Shown here: one piece after another, positions 1-9,075 of the stretch
Layout of the letters: each line of letters opens with the position of its first letter
Numbering within the stretch: the first letter of the stretch is position 1
Assembly (NCBI GenBank): GCA_937892925.1
Contig: CALBHX010000088.1
Span: 6,554-70,553 of the forward strand
DNA: 64,000 nucleotides
Origin: an uncultured Lentisphaeraceae bacterium
GTDB taxonomy: Bacteria; Verrucomicrobiota; Kiritimatiellia; RFP12; DVOR01
Direction of reading: 5' to 3'
Translations under genes and position numbers: made by a program
Notes under the pieces: model-generated
What the model was told of the DNA's origin: nothing
What the model saw: only the letters and a program-made list of their open reading frames with translations
The model's database searches: none

Positions 1-288
1 CTCTTTGTGCTGCCCGCTTCATTTGAGGCGTTTGGGTGCGTGTTTGCGGAGGCGGCGGCGTGCGGCGTGCCGGTTATCGGGTGCATAGGGCAGGGGCTTG
101 AGGAATGGACGGGCGCAGGGTATCCGGGGCTGGTGAGGCCGGGGGATGCGGCGGCGCTGGGGGCGCGGATTCTGGACTTTGTGCGTGCGCCGTGGGCGCC
201 GCCGGAGCCGCCGGCGATTGATGCGGAGGTGCCGCGTTTTCTGGAGCGTTTGCTGGGTGCGGAGAAGCGGAAGGGCGCGGGGGCATGA
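1..288 (+). CDS. Glycosyltransferase (GT4/GT-B type), C-terminal fragment; the gene starts upstream of the window
   Basis: The frame is open from base 1. 'FEAFGCVFAEAAACGVPVIG' matches the E-x7-E region of retaining GT-B glycosyltransferases. The stop overlaps the next start (ATGA at 285-288). Confidence 0.6.
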   Translation, partial: LFVLPASFEAFGCVFAEAAACGVPVIGCIGQGLEEWTGAGYPGLVRPGDAAALGARILDFVRAPWAPPEPPAIDAEVPRFLERLLGAEKRKGAGA

Positions 289-1046
289 TGCAGGGTTTTT
301 TGCTGAATTTGGCGGGTGCGCGGGAGCGGCTGGCGGCTTCGCTGAGGTGGCTTGGCGGGGTGCCGGGGTTGGCGGTGGAGCGGCTGGAAGCGGTGGATGG
401 GCGCGCGCTGGCGGCGGCGGAGGGGTGGCGGTTTTGGAAACGGGTGGCGCGGCTGCGGTTTTGGGTGGCGAATGCGCGGCGGATTCAGCCGGCGGAGGCA
501 GGGTGTGCGCTCTCTCATGCGGCGGCGTGGCGGCGGGTGGCGGCTTTGGAGGCGGCGGCGGGCGCAGTGTTTGAGGATGATGTGGCGGGGGATGCGGCGG
601 CGTTGGGCGCAGCCCTGAAGGCGATTGCCGGCCGGGCGCGTGCAGAAAGGGCAGAGGTGTGGCTGCTGGAAGGGAGCCCCGCGGCAGAACATGCCTTGGA
701 GACGGGGGAGCCGATGGACGGAGGCTTTTATCTGGTGCCGGCCGGGCCGGGCGCTTCGTGCGCGGCGGCCTATGTCCTCTCGCGTGCGGCGGCGCGGCGG
801 CTGCTGGCGGCGAATACGCCCGTTTCAGCGTTGGCCGATGCGTGGGGGCGTTGGGCGGCCTGCGGCGTGAAGGTGTGGTGGGTGAGGCCGTTTCCGTGCC
901 ACGCGCGCGGGGCGCCTTCACAGATTGGGTGGGTTTTGCCGCGGCGGGCGCGGTGGCGATGGTATGCGGCGTTGTGGCGGGTGCGCCATGCGGTCGGCGC
1001 AGCGGCCGATCGGATGCTGGTGCGCCGGGCTTGGCGGCGGAAATAA
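285..1046 (+). CDS. Glycosyltransferase family 25 (LPS/LOS biosynthesis type)
   Basis: 253 aa. GT25-like N-terminus 'GFLLNLAGARERL...LEAVDGRAL', plus 'EAGCALSHAAAWRRV' and 'FEDDV' motifs as in Lic2B/LgtB-type enzymes (recalled). Confidence 0.65.
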   Translation: MMQGFLLNLAGARERLAASLRWLGGVPGLAVERLEAVDGRALAAAEGWRFWKRVARLRFWVANARRIQPAEAGCALSHAAAWRRVAALEAAAGAVFEDDVAGDAAALGAALKAIAGRARAERAEVWLLEGSPAAEHALETGEPMDGGFYLVPAGPGASCAAAYVLSRAAARRLLAANTPVSALADAWGRWAACGVKVWWVRPFPCHARGAPSQIGWVLPRRARWRWYAALWRVRHAVGAAADRMLVRRAWRRK

Positions 1047-1103
1047 CGGCGGGGACGTGCGTGCTGGAGAAAGCATTTTAAATTAGGATAGTCTAAACAT
1101 TTC

Positions 1104-1132
1104 TTGACAGCGCCGAGGGGGTGTGGTAGGGT
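1104..1132 (+). promoter_or_regulatory. Candidate sigma70-type promoter for pflB: TTGACA-17 nt-(TGg)TAGGGT
   Basis: TTGACA at 1104-1109 and TAGGGT at 1127-1132, preceded by TGg (extended -10). An AT-rich block at 1070-1100 lies directly upstream. About 75 nt upstream of the pflB ATG. Confidence 0.3.
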
Positions 1133-1206
1133 TATAGACATTTTCCCGGTTGTATGCGCGGGCTGCCGCGGAGGCCGGGATTTCACCGCACAATGGAGGA
1201 ACCGCC

Positions 1207-3444
1207 ATGGTTCAATATCCTGCGTTCAAGTCCGGCGTTTGGCAGGACAGTATTGACGTTCGTGATTTCATTCAGACCAACTACACGCCTTATGAGGGGG
1301 ATGCTTCCTTCCTCGTGGGCCCCACTGAGCGCACCAAAAAGGTGAATGCCGAGTATGAAAAGCTCCATCAGCAGGAGTTCGACAAAGGCGGCGTGCTGGA
1401 TGTGGATGTGGACAATGCTTCGAGCCTGCTCAACCACAAGCCCGGCTATCTCGATAAGGAAAACGAGCTCATTGTGGGCTTGCAGACCGATGCGCCGCTC
1501 AAGCGCTCGGTGAACCCTTTTGGCGGGATGCGCATGGCCGAACAGGCCGCCGAGGCTTACGGTTACCACCTCAGCGAAAAGCTGAAGACGCAGTTCACCT
1601 ACCGCACCACGCATAACGACGGCGTTTTCCGTGCCTACACCAAAGACATGCGCGCCCTGCGCTCGGCACACGTCCTCACCGGCCTGCCCGATGCATACGG
1701 CCGCGGCCGCATCATCGGCGACTACCGCCGCGTGGCGCTTTACGGCGTGGACAAACTCATTGAAGAGAAGCAGAAAGACCTCGACGGCATCGGCACCGGC
1801 CCGAACGAAACCATGACCGAAGAGCTCATCCGCCTCCGCGAGGAAGTCTGGCGCCAGATCGACTATCTCGGCCGCCTCAAAAAGATGGCCGAAATGTACG
1901 GGTGCGATATCTCCAAGCCCGCCGTAACCGCCCGCGAAGCCGTCCAGGCCGTTTACTTCGGCTACTTGGCCGCCATCAAGGAGCAGAACGGCGCAGCCAT
2001 GAGCCTCGGGCGCACAGCAACCTTCCTGGATATTTATTTCGAGCGCGACTTGGCCGCCGGCGTCCTCACCGAAGAAGGCGCGCAGGAGCTTATCGATGAT
2101 TACGTCCTCCACCTGCGCATGAACCGCCAGCTCCGCACGCCGGAATATAACGACATCTTTGCCGGCGACCCCACCTGGACCACCGAATCCCTCGGCGGCA
2201 TGGGGCTCGACGGTCGCACGCTCGTAACCAAAACCACCTTCCGCGTCCTCCACACCCTCGAGACCCTCGGGCCGGCTCCCGAGCCGAATATGACCGTTCT
2301 CTGGGCGCAGAAGCTCCCGCAGGGCTGGAAAGACTACTGCGCCCACGTCTCGATCGAGACCGACTCCGTGCAGTATGAGAACGACGACCTCATGCGCGAG
2401 CGCTTCGGCGATGACTATGCCATTGCCTGCTGCGTTTCGGCCATGACCATCGGCAAAGACATGCAGTTCTTCGGCGCCCGCTGCAACCTGCCCAAAGCCC
2501 TTCTGCTCGCCCTCAACGGCGGCCGCGAGGAAATCAAGGGCAAACAGGTCTGCCCCGCTACCGATCTGCCTGCACCCGGCGCACTCGATTACGAGGACGT
2601 CTTGGCCCGCTACAAAAAGACCCTCTCCTGGCTCGCGCACCAGTATGTGAACACCATGAACGTGATTCACTACATGCACGATAAATACGCCTACGAGAAG
2701 ATCCAGATGGCGCTGCACGATACCCACCTGGCACACCGCTGGATGGCCTTCGGCTGCGCCGGCCTCTCCGTGGCGGCCGACTCCCTCAGCGCCATCAAAT
2801 ACGCCAAGGTGACCCCCGTGCGCAATGCCGACGGCCTCACCACCGACTTCCAGATTGAAGGCGACTTCCCGAAGTTCGGCAATGATGACGACCGCGTTGA
2901 CGCCATCGCCAAAGAGCTGGCCGAGTTCTTCTACTCCGAGCTCCGTAAGACCCCTTGCTACCGCGGCGCAGAGCACACCCTCTCCATGCTCACCATCACC
3001 TCCAACGTGATGTACGGCCGCAACACCGGCTCCACCCCCGATGGGCGCAAAGGCGGCGAACCCTTCGCCCCCGGAGCCAACCCCATGCACGGGCGCGACG
3101 CCTCCGGCGCCGTCTTCTCCCTCAACTCCGTGGCCAAGCTCAACTACGATGCCTGCCGCGACGGCATTTCCAACACCTTCACCATCAACCCGATGGCACT
3201 GGGCAAGGAAGAGCCCGAGCAGATCCAGAAGCTCACCCGCCTGATGGATGGCTACTTTGGGCAGGGCGCGCACCACCTCAACGTGAATGTCTTCAATACC
3301 GATCTCCTCCGCGATGCTCAGGCGCATCCAGAGAAGTATCCTAACCTCACCATTCGCGTTTCCGGTTACGCCGTCCGCTTCATCAACCTCAGCAAGAAGC
3401 ATCAGGACGAAGTCATCGCCCGCACCTGCCACAGCTGCCTCTAA
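1207..3444 (+). CDS. pflB: Pyruvate formate-lyase (formate C-acetyltransferase, glycyl radical enzyme)
   Basis: 745 aa from ATG 1207, with GGAGGA at 1195-1200. The PFL-type N-terminus is '[23 protein letters not shown]'. Active-site 'ACCVSAM' and the C-terminal glycyl-radical motif 'RVSGYAVRF' are present. ORF-track start 1150 rejected in favour of the RBS-supported ATG. Confidence 0.95.
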   Translation: MVQYPAFKSGVWQDSIDVRDFIQTNYTPYEGDASFLVGPTERTKKVNAEYEKLHQQEFDKGGVLDVDVDNASSLLNHKPGYLDKENELIVGLQTDAPLKRSVNPFGGMRMAEQAAEAYGYHLSEKLKTQFTYRTTHNDGVFRAYTKDMRALRSAHVLTGLPDAYGRGRIIGDYRRVALYGVDKLIEEKQKDLDGIGTGPNETMTEELIRLREEVWRQIDYLGRLKKMAEMYGCDISKPAVTAREAVQAVYFGYLAAIKEQNGAAMSLGRTATFLDIYFERDLAAGVLTEEGAQELIDDYVLHLRMNRQLRTPEYNDIFAGDPTWTTESLGGMGLDGRTLVTKTTFRVLHTLETLGPAPEPNMTVLWAQKLPQGWKDYCAHVSIETDSVQYENDDLMRERFGDDYAIACCVSAMTIGKDMQFFGARCNLPKALLLALNGGREEIKGKQVCPATDLPAPGALDYEDVLARYKKTLSWLAHQYVNTMNVIHYMHDKYAYEKIQMALHDTHLAHRWMAFGCAGLSVAADSLSAIKYAKVTPVRNADGLTTDFQIEGDFPKFGNDDDRVDAIAKELAEFFYSELRKTPCYRGAEHTLSMLTITSNVMYGRNTGSTPDGRKGGEPFAPGANPMHGRDASGAVFSLNSVAKLNYDACRDGISNTFTINPMALGKEEPEQIQKLTRLMDGYFGQGAHHLNVNVFNTDLLRDAQAHPEKYPNLTIRVSGYAVRFINLSKKHQDEVIARTCHSCL

Positions 3445-3463
3445 GGCATGCCCAAGCCGGTTG

Positions 3464-3496
3464 AAACGGGAGCCGCCCCGCGGCTCCCGTTTTTTT
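3464..3496 (+). terminator. Rho-independent terminator after pflB
   Basis: Perfect 10-bp stem, 3466-3475 (acgggagccg) pairing with 3481-3490 (cggctcccgt), followed by a T6 run at 3491-3496. Confidence 0.8.
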
Positions 3497-3835
3497 GTTC
3501 TCCTCCGGCCAGGAGTCAAGGGCTCTTTGCCGGCTGCGGCACAGTCCGCTCCGGGTTCTACCTCAACCCGTCCTGAGTGTGCAGGCAGGCTTGGCGGATA
3601 AGCGTTGTTCCGCAATCCCTCAAGCCGCCCGTATCGGTTATCAAGCTCTTTGAGAATAGACCCTCAAAAAACTCAATCTATCCTCAATTTCATTGATAAT
3701 TTCCCCCTTTTCCCATTCTCCATCTTCCATTCCGCCAAACAGTCAGAACACCCGCGTAATCTGCTAAAATGTGTTTGTATATAAGCCTGCGCCTGTTTGT
3801 AATCGAAGTCGGGGCATTTGCAGAACGGAGTATGC

Positions 3836-4630
3836 ATGAATCTTCAGCTTCATTTAGAACTTGCTGCGGCGTATCGCAGCGCTGCGCAAATGGCGCGAGT
3901 GGTGACGGAGGCATGGGTTGCAGAGCAGATGTATTGCCCCCGATGCGGGGCAGAGAAGTTATGCCATGCTGCAAACAATCGGCCTGCGGAAGATTTTGTG
4001 TGCCCTTCGTGCAAGAGCAGTTATGAGCTGAAAAGCAAGCGGGGGGCTGTCGGGCACAAATTGGCTAATGGCGCCTATGAAGCCTTGCTCCAACGAATTC
4101 GAAGCAACAATAATCCGGATCTGCTGGTATTAACGTATGATTGCCTGGAAGGATACGTGAGGAATCTGTGGGTAATTCCCAAAACCTTTTTTGTCCCGTC
4201 TCTCATTGAAAAGAGGCCGCCTTTATCGGCAGGGGCTCGCCGTGCGGGCTGGGTGGGGAGCAACATTTTGTTTTCTGTTATCCCCCCGCAGGGGAAAATC
4301 TGCGTGCTGAACGAAGGGCAACAGGAAGAAAAAGGCCAGGTGCTCACCAATATGCGTCAGGCCTCGGGCATGATGCCTGCGGCATTGAAAGCTAGAGGTT
4401 GGGTGTTGGATATGCTTGCTTGTCTTGAGAAAATTCCCGCCGAGATGTTCTCATTGGAAGATGTTTATCGCTTTGAACCTTGGTTTTCGGCGCGCCACCC
4501 GCGGAATCGGAATATTCGGCCAAAAATCCGGCAGCAGCTTCAGAGATTACGTGATTATGGCGTGTTGGAGTTTATCGGCGCGGGCTGTTATCGAAAAGCT
4601 GCGGCGAATAACCGTGCGGCCGTTGAGTGA
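3836..4630 (+). CDS. DpnI-like methyl-directed (type IIM) restriction endonuclease, with C-terminal winged-helix domain
   Basis: 264 aa from ATG 3836. Full-length resemblance to recalled S. pneumoniae DpnI: 'YCPRCG...NNRPAEDFVCPSCKSSYELKSKRG', 'NNPDLLVLTYD', 'RRAGWVGSNI', 'ARGW', 'FSLEDVYRFE' and 'IRPKIRQQLQRLRDYGVLEF'. GC is visibly lower than in neighbouring genes. Confidence 0.8.
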   Translation: MNLQLHLELAAAYRSAAQMARVVTEAWVAEQMYCPRCGAEKLCHAANNRPAEDFVCPSCKSSYELKSKRGAVGHKLANGAYEALLQRIRSNNNPDLLVLTYDCLEGYVRNLWVIPKTFFVPSLIEKRPPLSAGARRAGWVGSNILFSVIPPQGKICVLNEGQQEEKGQVLTNMRQASGMMPAALKARGWVLDMLACLEKIPAEMFSLEDVYRFEPWFSARHPRNRNIRPKIRQQLQRLRDYGVLEFIGAGCYRKAAANNRAAVE

Positions 4631-4937
4631 TGGTGTGCGAGGCGTGGATGGGAGTGAATACACGGTGGTTCTCGTGTCTGGCGCAAGGGCGGTGATTCAT
4701 TGCGGAGTGTTGAACATGGGGCGCGTGAGGGATCTGAGAGTGTAAGGGATGAGGTGTTGCCACTTTGAAGTAGAAACAATGCGGAGGATGCTGCGCAGGT
4801 GTTGCGTTGGCATGGTAAAGAGCGGAAGTCCGTATGTGGCGCACGAGATGGCGTGGATGACGCTGGGGGCGTGAACCTGTTATAATCGGGGGCAGTAAAT
4901 GCCCGGGGGCGTGCGGTTCCGGGCGGAAGGAGACGGA

Positions 4938-6290
4938 ATGAAGCGGTTGATTGGAAGCGTGTTGGCGTGTGTATGCGGCGTGGCAATGGCGGCGGAGGCT
5001 CCGCAGGCGGCGCTGCCGCCACAGGAGGAGGTGCCGTTCAAGATTGTCATTGAAGACGTGCCGGAGACGGCGCCGGGCGCGGAGGATGCGCAGGAGAAGA
5101 AGGCGCAGCCCGTCTCGGGCGATGAACCGGTGGCAGAGGAGGCCGAGGAAACGCCGCAGGATGAGCCGCAGCTGAATTGCGGGCATGTGCTCTCGCCGCC
5201 GAAGGGGTTCGATCAGGAGGTGCTGATGCTCCAGATCTTTCTGGATCGAAATAACTTCTCCTGCGGTGTGATTGACGGTGTGTGGGGGGAGGGCTCGCGC
5301 CTGGCGATGCGGGCTTGGCAGAAGGCCAATGGGCTTCGGCGGACGCAGTGGGTGGATGTGCCGCTGTATGGAAAACTGGCGGAGATGGAGGAGCCGCTGG
5401 TGCGGGTGACGATTTCGCCGGAAGATGCGGCGCGGGTTTCCGGCCCCATGCCGCCGACGTGGGCCGAACGGGCCAAGCTGAAGCAGATGGGTTATGAAAG
5501 CTTGGGCGCGTGCCTGGCGGAAAAATATCACACTTCGGAGCGGACGCTGCGGCGGCTGAACCCCGGGGTCATCAATTGGCCGGAGGATCTGGCGCCGGGA
5601 CTCACCCTGCTGGTGCCGAATGTGCGCACGGCGGCGTTGGAGCAGCCGGCCAGCCTGGTGATCGCGCTGGAGGAGTGCGTTCTGGCAGGCTTTGACCGCG
5701 CCGGGCAGCTGTGCCTGCGCTTTCCGTGCTCTATCGCGCGAAATAAGGCGCACCTGCCGAAGGTGGGGGAGCTGACGGTGAAGAATATGGCGCCTGCCCC
5801 CAATTACACCTATGACCCGCGGAATTATGGGCAGGATCCCAGCGTGGGGCGGATGGTGGTGCCCGCCGGGCCGCGCAACCCGGTGGGAAGCCGCTGGATC
5901 GGCCTCTCGCTGGCAGGTTACGGCATTCACGGCACTCCGCGCCCGAACACTGTGGGGCGCCCGGAATCGCGCGGGTGCTTCCGCCTGACCAATTGGAACG
6001 CGGAAAAACTCTTTGAGCTTGTCCGCCCTGGAACGCCGGTAGTCATTGTCAAGAAATTGGCGGACTTTGTCCCGCCCAAATCGGAAGCGGAGACATCGGG
6101 TTCCAAGCCCGCCTCTGCGGCAGAGAAGCCTGCGGAGTCGGAAGCAGCCGCCCCTGTGGCAGACGCCGCGGCGGGTCAGCCTGTGTCTGCGCCGGCCGCT
6201 GCCCCCGAGGGCGCAGCGGAGAAGACGGCTCCGGCCAAGCCTGAACAGGCGCCCGCGCAGGCTCCCGAAGAGGAGGCCGCCCATGCTTGA
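4938..6290 (+). CDS. L,D-transpeptidase (YkuD domain) with a peptidoglycan-binding domain and Ala/Pro/Glu-rich tails
   Basis: Signal peptide 'MKRLIGSVLACVCGVAMA' from ATG 4938. PG_binding-like 'FLDRNNFSCGVIDGVWGEGSRLAMRAWQKANGL'. Catalytic 'GIHGTPRPNTVGRPESRGCFRLTNWN' (H...SxGCxR). Confidence 0.85.
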   Translation: MKRLIGSVLACVCGVAMAAEAPQAALPPQEEVPFKIVIEDVPETAPGAEDAQEKKAQPVSGDEPVAEEAEETPQDEPQLNCGHVLSPPKGFDQEVLMLQIFLDRNNFSCGVIDGVWGEGSRLAMRAWQKANGLRRTQWVDVPLYGKLAEMEEPLVRVTISPEDAARVSGPMPPTWAERAKLKQMGYESLGACLAEKYHTSERTLRRLNPGVINWPEDLAPGLTLLVPNVRTAALEQPASLVIALEECVLAGFDRAGQLCLRFPCSIARNKAHLPKVGELTVKNMAPAPNYTYDPRNYGQDPSVGRMVVPAGPRNPVGSRWIGLSLAGYGIHGTPRPNTVGRPESRGCFRLTNWNAEKLFELVRPGTPVVIVKKLADFVPPKSEAETSGSKPASAAEKPAESEAAAPVADAAAGQPVSAPAAAPEGAAEKTAPAKPEQAPAQAPEEEAAHA

Positions 6291-7080
6291 AGCGGAAGCG
6301 CGAGCGCTGCCGGCGGCATTTCATGCCGCGCCGATTGCCTGCGGGCTGGTGTTGGGCTCAGGGTGGGGGGAGGCACTCCGCCCCGAGGCGGTTCATGTGC
6401 GCCTGCCCTATGCCGAATTGCCCGGTTATGGCGCCAGCACGGTGCCCGGCCACCGCGGCGAGCTGCAGCTGATTACGCTGGGAGGAAAGCGCGTGGCGGT
6501 CTTCTGCGGCCGCCGCCATTGTTATGAGGGCTGCTCGGTGGAGCAGGTGGTCTATCCGGTGGAGCTGCTGCGATGCCTGGGTGTGCCGGCGGTGCTGCTG
6601 ACCAATGCGGCGGGCGGGCTGAACCCGGCGTTTCGCCCGGGCGACTTAATGGTGCTTTCCGATCATTTGAATCTGGCGGGGTTTAACCCCCTGCGCGGCG
6701 CGCATCGGCCGGAATGGGGGCCGCGTTTTCCGGATATGACGCAGGTGTATGACCCGGAGCTGTCGGCGCGGCTTCTGCGCTTGGGCGCGGAGCGAATGCA
6801 GGCGGGCGTGTATGTGTTTTCATCGGGGCCGTCTTACGAAACCCCGGCGGAGGTGCGGGCCTTTCGCGCTTTGGGGGGCGACGCCGTGGGTATGAGCACG
6901 GTTCCCGAAGCGATGGTTGCCCACGCTTCAGGGCTGCGCGTGGCGGCGCTCAGCTGCATCACCAATCTGGCCGCCGGGCTCTCGCCCACGCCGCCGAGCC
7001 ATGCGGAAGTCCTAGCCGAGGCTACGGCGGTCAAGCCGCGTATGGCCGCGCTGATCACAGCCTTTGCTGCAGCGTTATGA
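6283..7080 (+). CDS. Purine nucleoside phosphorylase (trimeric PNP/MTAP family)
   Basis: ATG 6283 overlaps the ldt stop (ATGCTTGA). Motifs: 'GLVLGSGWG', 'GHRGELQLITLGGKRVAVFCGRRHCYEG', 'GPSYETPAE', 'VGMSTVPE'. ORF-track start 6046 is an Arg/Pro-rich read-through and was rejected. Confidence 0.85.
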   Translation: MLEAEARALPAAFHAAPIACGLVLGSGWGEALRPEAVHVRLPYAELPGYGASTVPGHRGELQLITLGGKRVAVFCGRRHCYEGCSVEQVVYPVELLRCLGVPAVLLTNAAGGLNPAFRPGDLMVLSDHLNLAGFNPLRGAHRPEWGPRFPDMTQVYDPELSARLLRLGAERMQAGVYVFSSGPSYETPAEVRAFRALGGDAVGMSTVPEAMVAHASGLRVAALSCITNLAAGLSPTPPSHAEVLAEATAVKPRMAALITAFAAAL

Positions 7081-8966
7081 TCATTCTGCCCACCGAGCGC
7101 AAAACGGTTCGAGCCCGCCTGCTGCTGGGCGTGCTTTACCTCGTGCTGACGCTGGGGGGACTCACGATGGTGTGGCCGTTCCTCATGATGGTTTCCGGCT
7201 CAATGGCCGGTCGGTTCGATTATTACCGCTATTCGCCGGTCTTGCGCTCGGTATGGTCGCCCGAAGGGCGTTTCATGCGCGTGCTGGCTTCGTTTCACGG
7301 CGCGTTCCCCCGGGAGGTGTTTCCCGAAGCACCTGCGCATTGGAACAGCTGGACGGCGCTTGCCCGCGAGCCGGAGGCCGTGCGTGCTTTTGCCCGCCCG
7401 TGGGTGGAGGGGATGCGCAGCCCGGAAACCGCCGCCGCCTGGCGCCGGATGGCCGCCGATTACGCCGCGTTCAACCGCTCGTATGATGTGCGCAACTCGG
7501 TATGCACCTTTGATGAACGCGATGTGGCGCCGTTCGTGCGCGGGCTCTTTGAGGCGCAGACGGGGCATCGCGGCGCGGCCGCCGCGCTAGAGGCGCTCAA
7601 TGCGCAGTGGAAGATTCGCTACAACAGCTTCTACAGCATCCGCTTTCGGGCACAGCAGCGCGTCCCCCTTCATTACCCGGATTGGGATTGGCCGCCGGAC
7701 GACCCGAAGTGCGAGGCTTGGCAGGCGTTTAAGGCGCACTACCGCAGCATGCCGCAGCCCTATTCCCGCACGCGCCCCTTCTGGATTGCGCCTCTGTGGC
7801 AGAAATGGCGCGCGGCACGCGGATTGCCGCCTGCCCGGTTCCCCGGCGAGGCCGCTGATGCAGATTGGCAGGCGTTTGTCTGCACGGCCTATCCCCGGCG
7901 GCTTCTTCGCCTTTCGCCCACGCCGGAGCTCTGTACACAATGGGCGCGTTATTTGGAGCAGACCTGCCGCACGCTGAGCGACTATGCGCGCCTGACCGGC
8001 CGCCCGCTTCCCGAATCGTGGGGCGAGATCCCGCTTTTGCCTTATGAAAACAGCCCCCTGTGGCGCGGCTTTGTGGGCACGCTGACCTTTTCGGATTTGA
8101 CGCCCTGCTCCCCGGAAGCCGCGTGGCAGGCCTGGCTGAAGCGGCGTTACGGCACGCTTGAAGCCCTTCGGGCCGTTTATCGCGATGCTCGGGGCAAACC
8201 CTGCACGGCCGCTGATTGGCGGGATGTGCCCCCGCCGCAGGCGCAGGCTTTCGCCGTAACGTTTGCCGACTTTGGCGCGGCGCTGCTGTGGCGCGACATA
8301 ACGGCCAATTACCGCACCGTCTGCGAGGTGCTTTTTTTACGGGGCGATGCGTGGTGGAACACGCTGGTGCTCGTGGCGCTCACTATTCTGGCCACGCTCA
8401 CGGTCAATCCGCTGGCCGCTTATGCCCTGTCGCGTTTCCGTTTGCGCCACGTGGAGGGGATTCTGCTCTTTTTGCTGGCCACGATGGCCTTCCCGGCCGC
8501 CGTTACGGCGATTCCGGGCTTTCTGCTGATTCGCGAGCTAGGCTTGCTCAACACCTTTGCCGCGCTGGTGCTTCCTTCTGTGGCCAACGGCCTCTCGATC
8601 TTCATCCTGAAAGGCTTTTTCGATGCGCTTCCGCGTGAACTGTATGAGGCGGCAGCCATTGATGGCGCCAACGAGTGGCAGATCTTCCGCCGCATCACGC
8701 TGCCTATGGCCGCGCCTATCCTGGCGGTGAATGCGCTCAATGCCTTCGTTGCCGCTTATAATTCCTGGGAATGGGCACTTCTGGTTTGCCAGCGGCAAAG
8801 CCATTGGACGCTCTCGGTGTGGCTTTACCAGATGAGCCGCAGTTTTGCCGGGACGCCCTGGGTGGTGATGGCGGGCTTTGTTCTGGTCTCCATTCCCACG
8901 GCGATCGTCTTTCTGCTTTGCCAGCGCGTGATCCTGCGCGGCATTGTGCTCCCCTCCATGAAATGA
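7077..8966 (+). CDS. Carbohydrate-type ABC transporter permease with a large N-terminal extracytoplasmic insertion
   Basis: The start overlaps the PNP stop (ATGA). One TM helix is followed by about 400 aa of soluble region, then 5 TM helices with the EAA loop 'EAAAIDGANEWQIFRRITLPMAAP' (MalG/binding-protein-dependent permease signature). Confidence 0.8.
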   Translation: MIILPTERKTVRARLLLGVLYLVLTLGGLTMVWPFLMMVSGSMAGRFDYYRYSPVLRSVWSPEGRFMRVLASFHGAFPREVFPEAPAHWNSWTALAREPEAVRAFARPWVEGMRSPETAAAWRRMAADYAAFNRSYDVRNSVCTFDERDVAPFVRGLFEAQTGHRGAAAALEALNAQWKIRYNSFYSIRFRAQQRVPLHYPDWDWPPDDPKCEAWQAFKAHYRSMPQPYSRTRPFWIAPLWQKWRAARGLPPARFPGEAADADWQAFVCTAYPRRLLRLSPTPELCTQWARYLEQTCRTLSDYARLTGRPLPESWGEIPLLPYENSPLWRGFVGTLTFSDLTPCSPEAAWQAWLKRRYGTLEALRAVYRDARGKPCTAADWRDVPPPQAQAFAVTFADFGAALLWRDITANYRTVCEVLFLRGDAWWNTLVLVALTILATLTVNPLAAYALSRFRLRHVEGILLFLLATMAFPAAVTAIPGFLLIRELGLLNTFAALVLPSVANGLSIFILKGFFDALPRELYEAAAIDGANEWQIFRRITLPMAAPILAVNALNAFVAAYNSWEWALLVCQRQSHWTLSVWLYQMSRSFAGTPWVVMAGFVLVSIPTAIVFLLCQRVILRGIVLPSMK

Positions 8967-9075
8967 AAAGCAGTGCCCCGGCTTGCCGTTGAAGCGCGGG
9001 GCGGGTTTTGTGCGGTGCTGCCACGGCTTTGCCTTAAATCCGGGGCGGCGGGCAGAAACGGCTGGGCGCGGGCTT

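Noticed and set aside
19-921. 300-aa Pro/Ala-rich minus-strand ORF at the left end
   Set aside because: It is an extreme low-complexity antisense frame over the two glycosyltransferase genes.
1183-3615. 810-aa ORF on the minus strand spanning the whole pflB region
   Set aside because: It is antisense to an unmistakable pyruvate formate-lyase gene. The translation is Gly/Ala/Val/Arg-rich with no recognisable motifs. This is a typical stop-codon-poor shadow frame in high-GC DNA.
3690-3974. 94-aa minus-strand ORF upstream of, and overlapping, the DpnI-like gene
   Set aside because: It has no RBS or recognisable motif and overlaps the well-supported DpnI-like start region.
6046-6282. Upstream ATG extensions given in the ORF track: PNP 6046, pal 46032, GT4 56709, secreted protein 60553, GT4 57289, deacetylase 29477, pflB 1150, rdgB 60336
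   Set aside because: The extensions are Arg/Pro-rich and overlap the preceding gene extensively. Internal ATGs with an RBS and family-typical N-termini or signal peptides fit better.
4572-6284. 570-aa minus-strand ORF across the L,D-transpeptidase gene
   Set aside because: The translation is Arg/Leu/His/Pro-rich and low in complexity. The plus strand encodes a clear YkuD catalytic motif.
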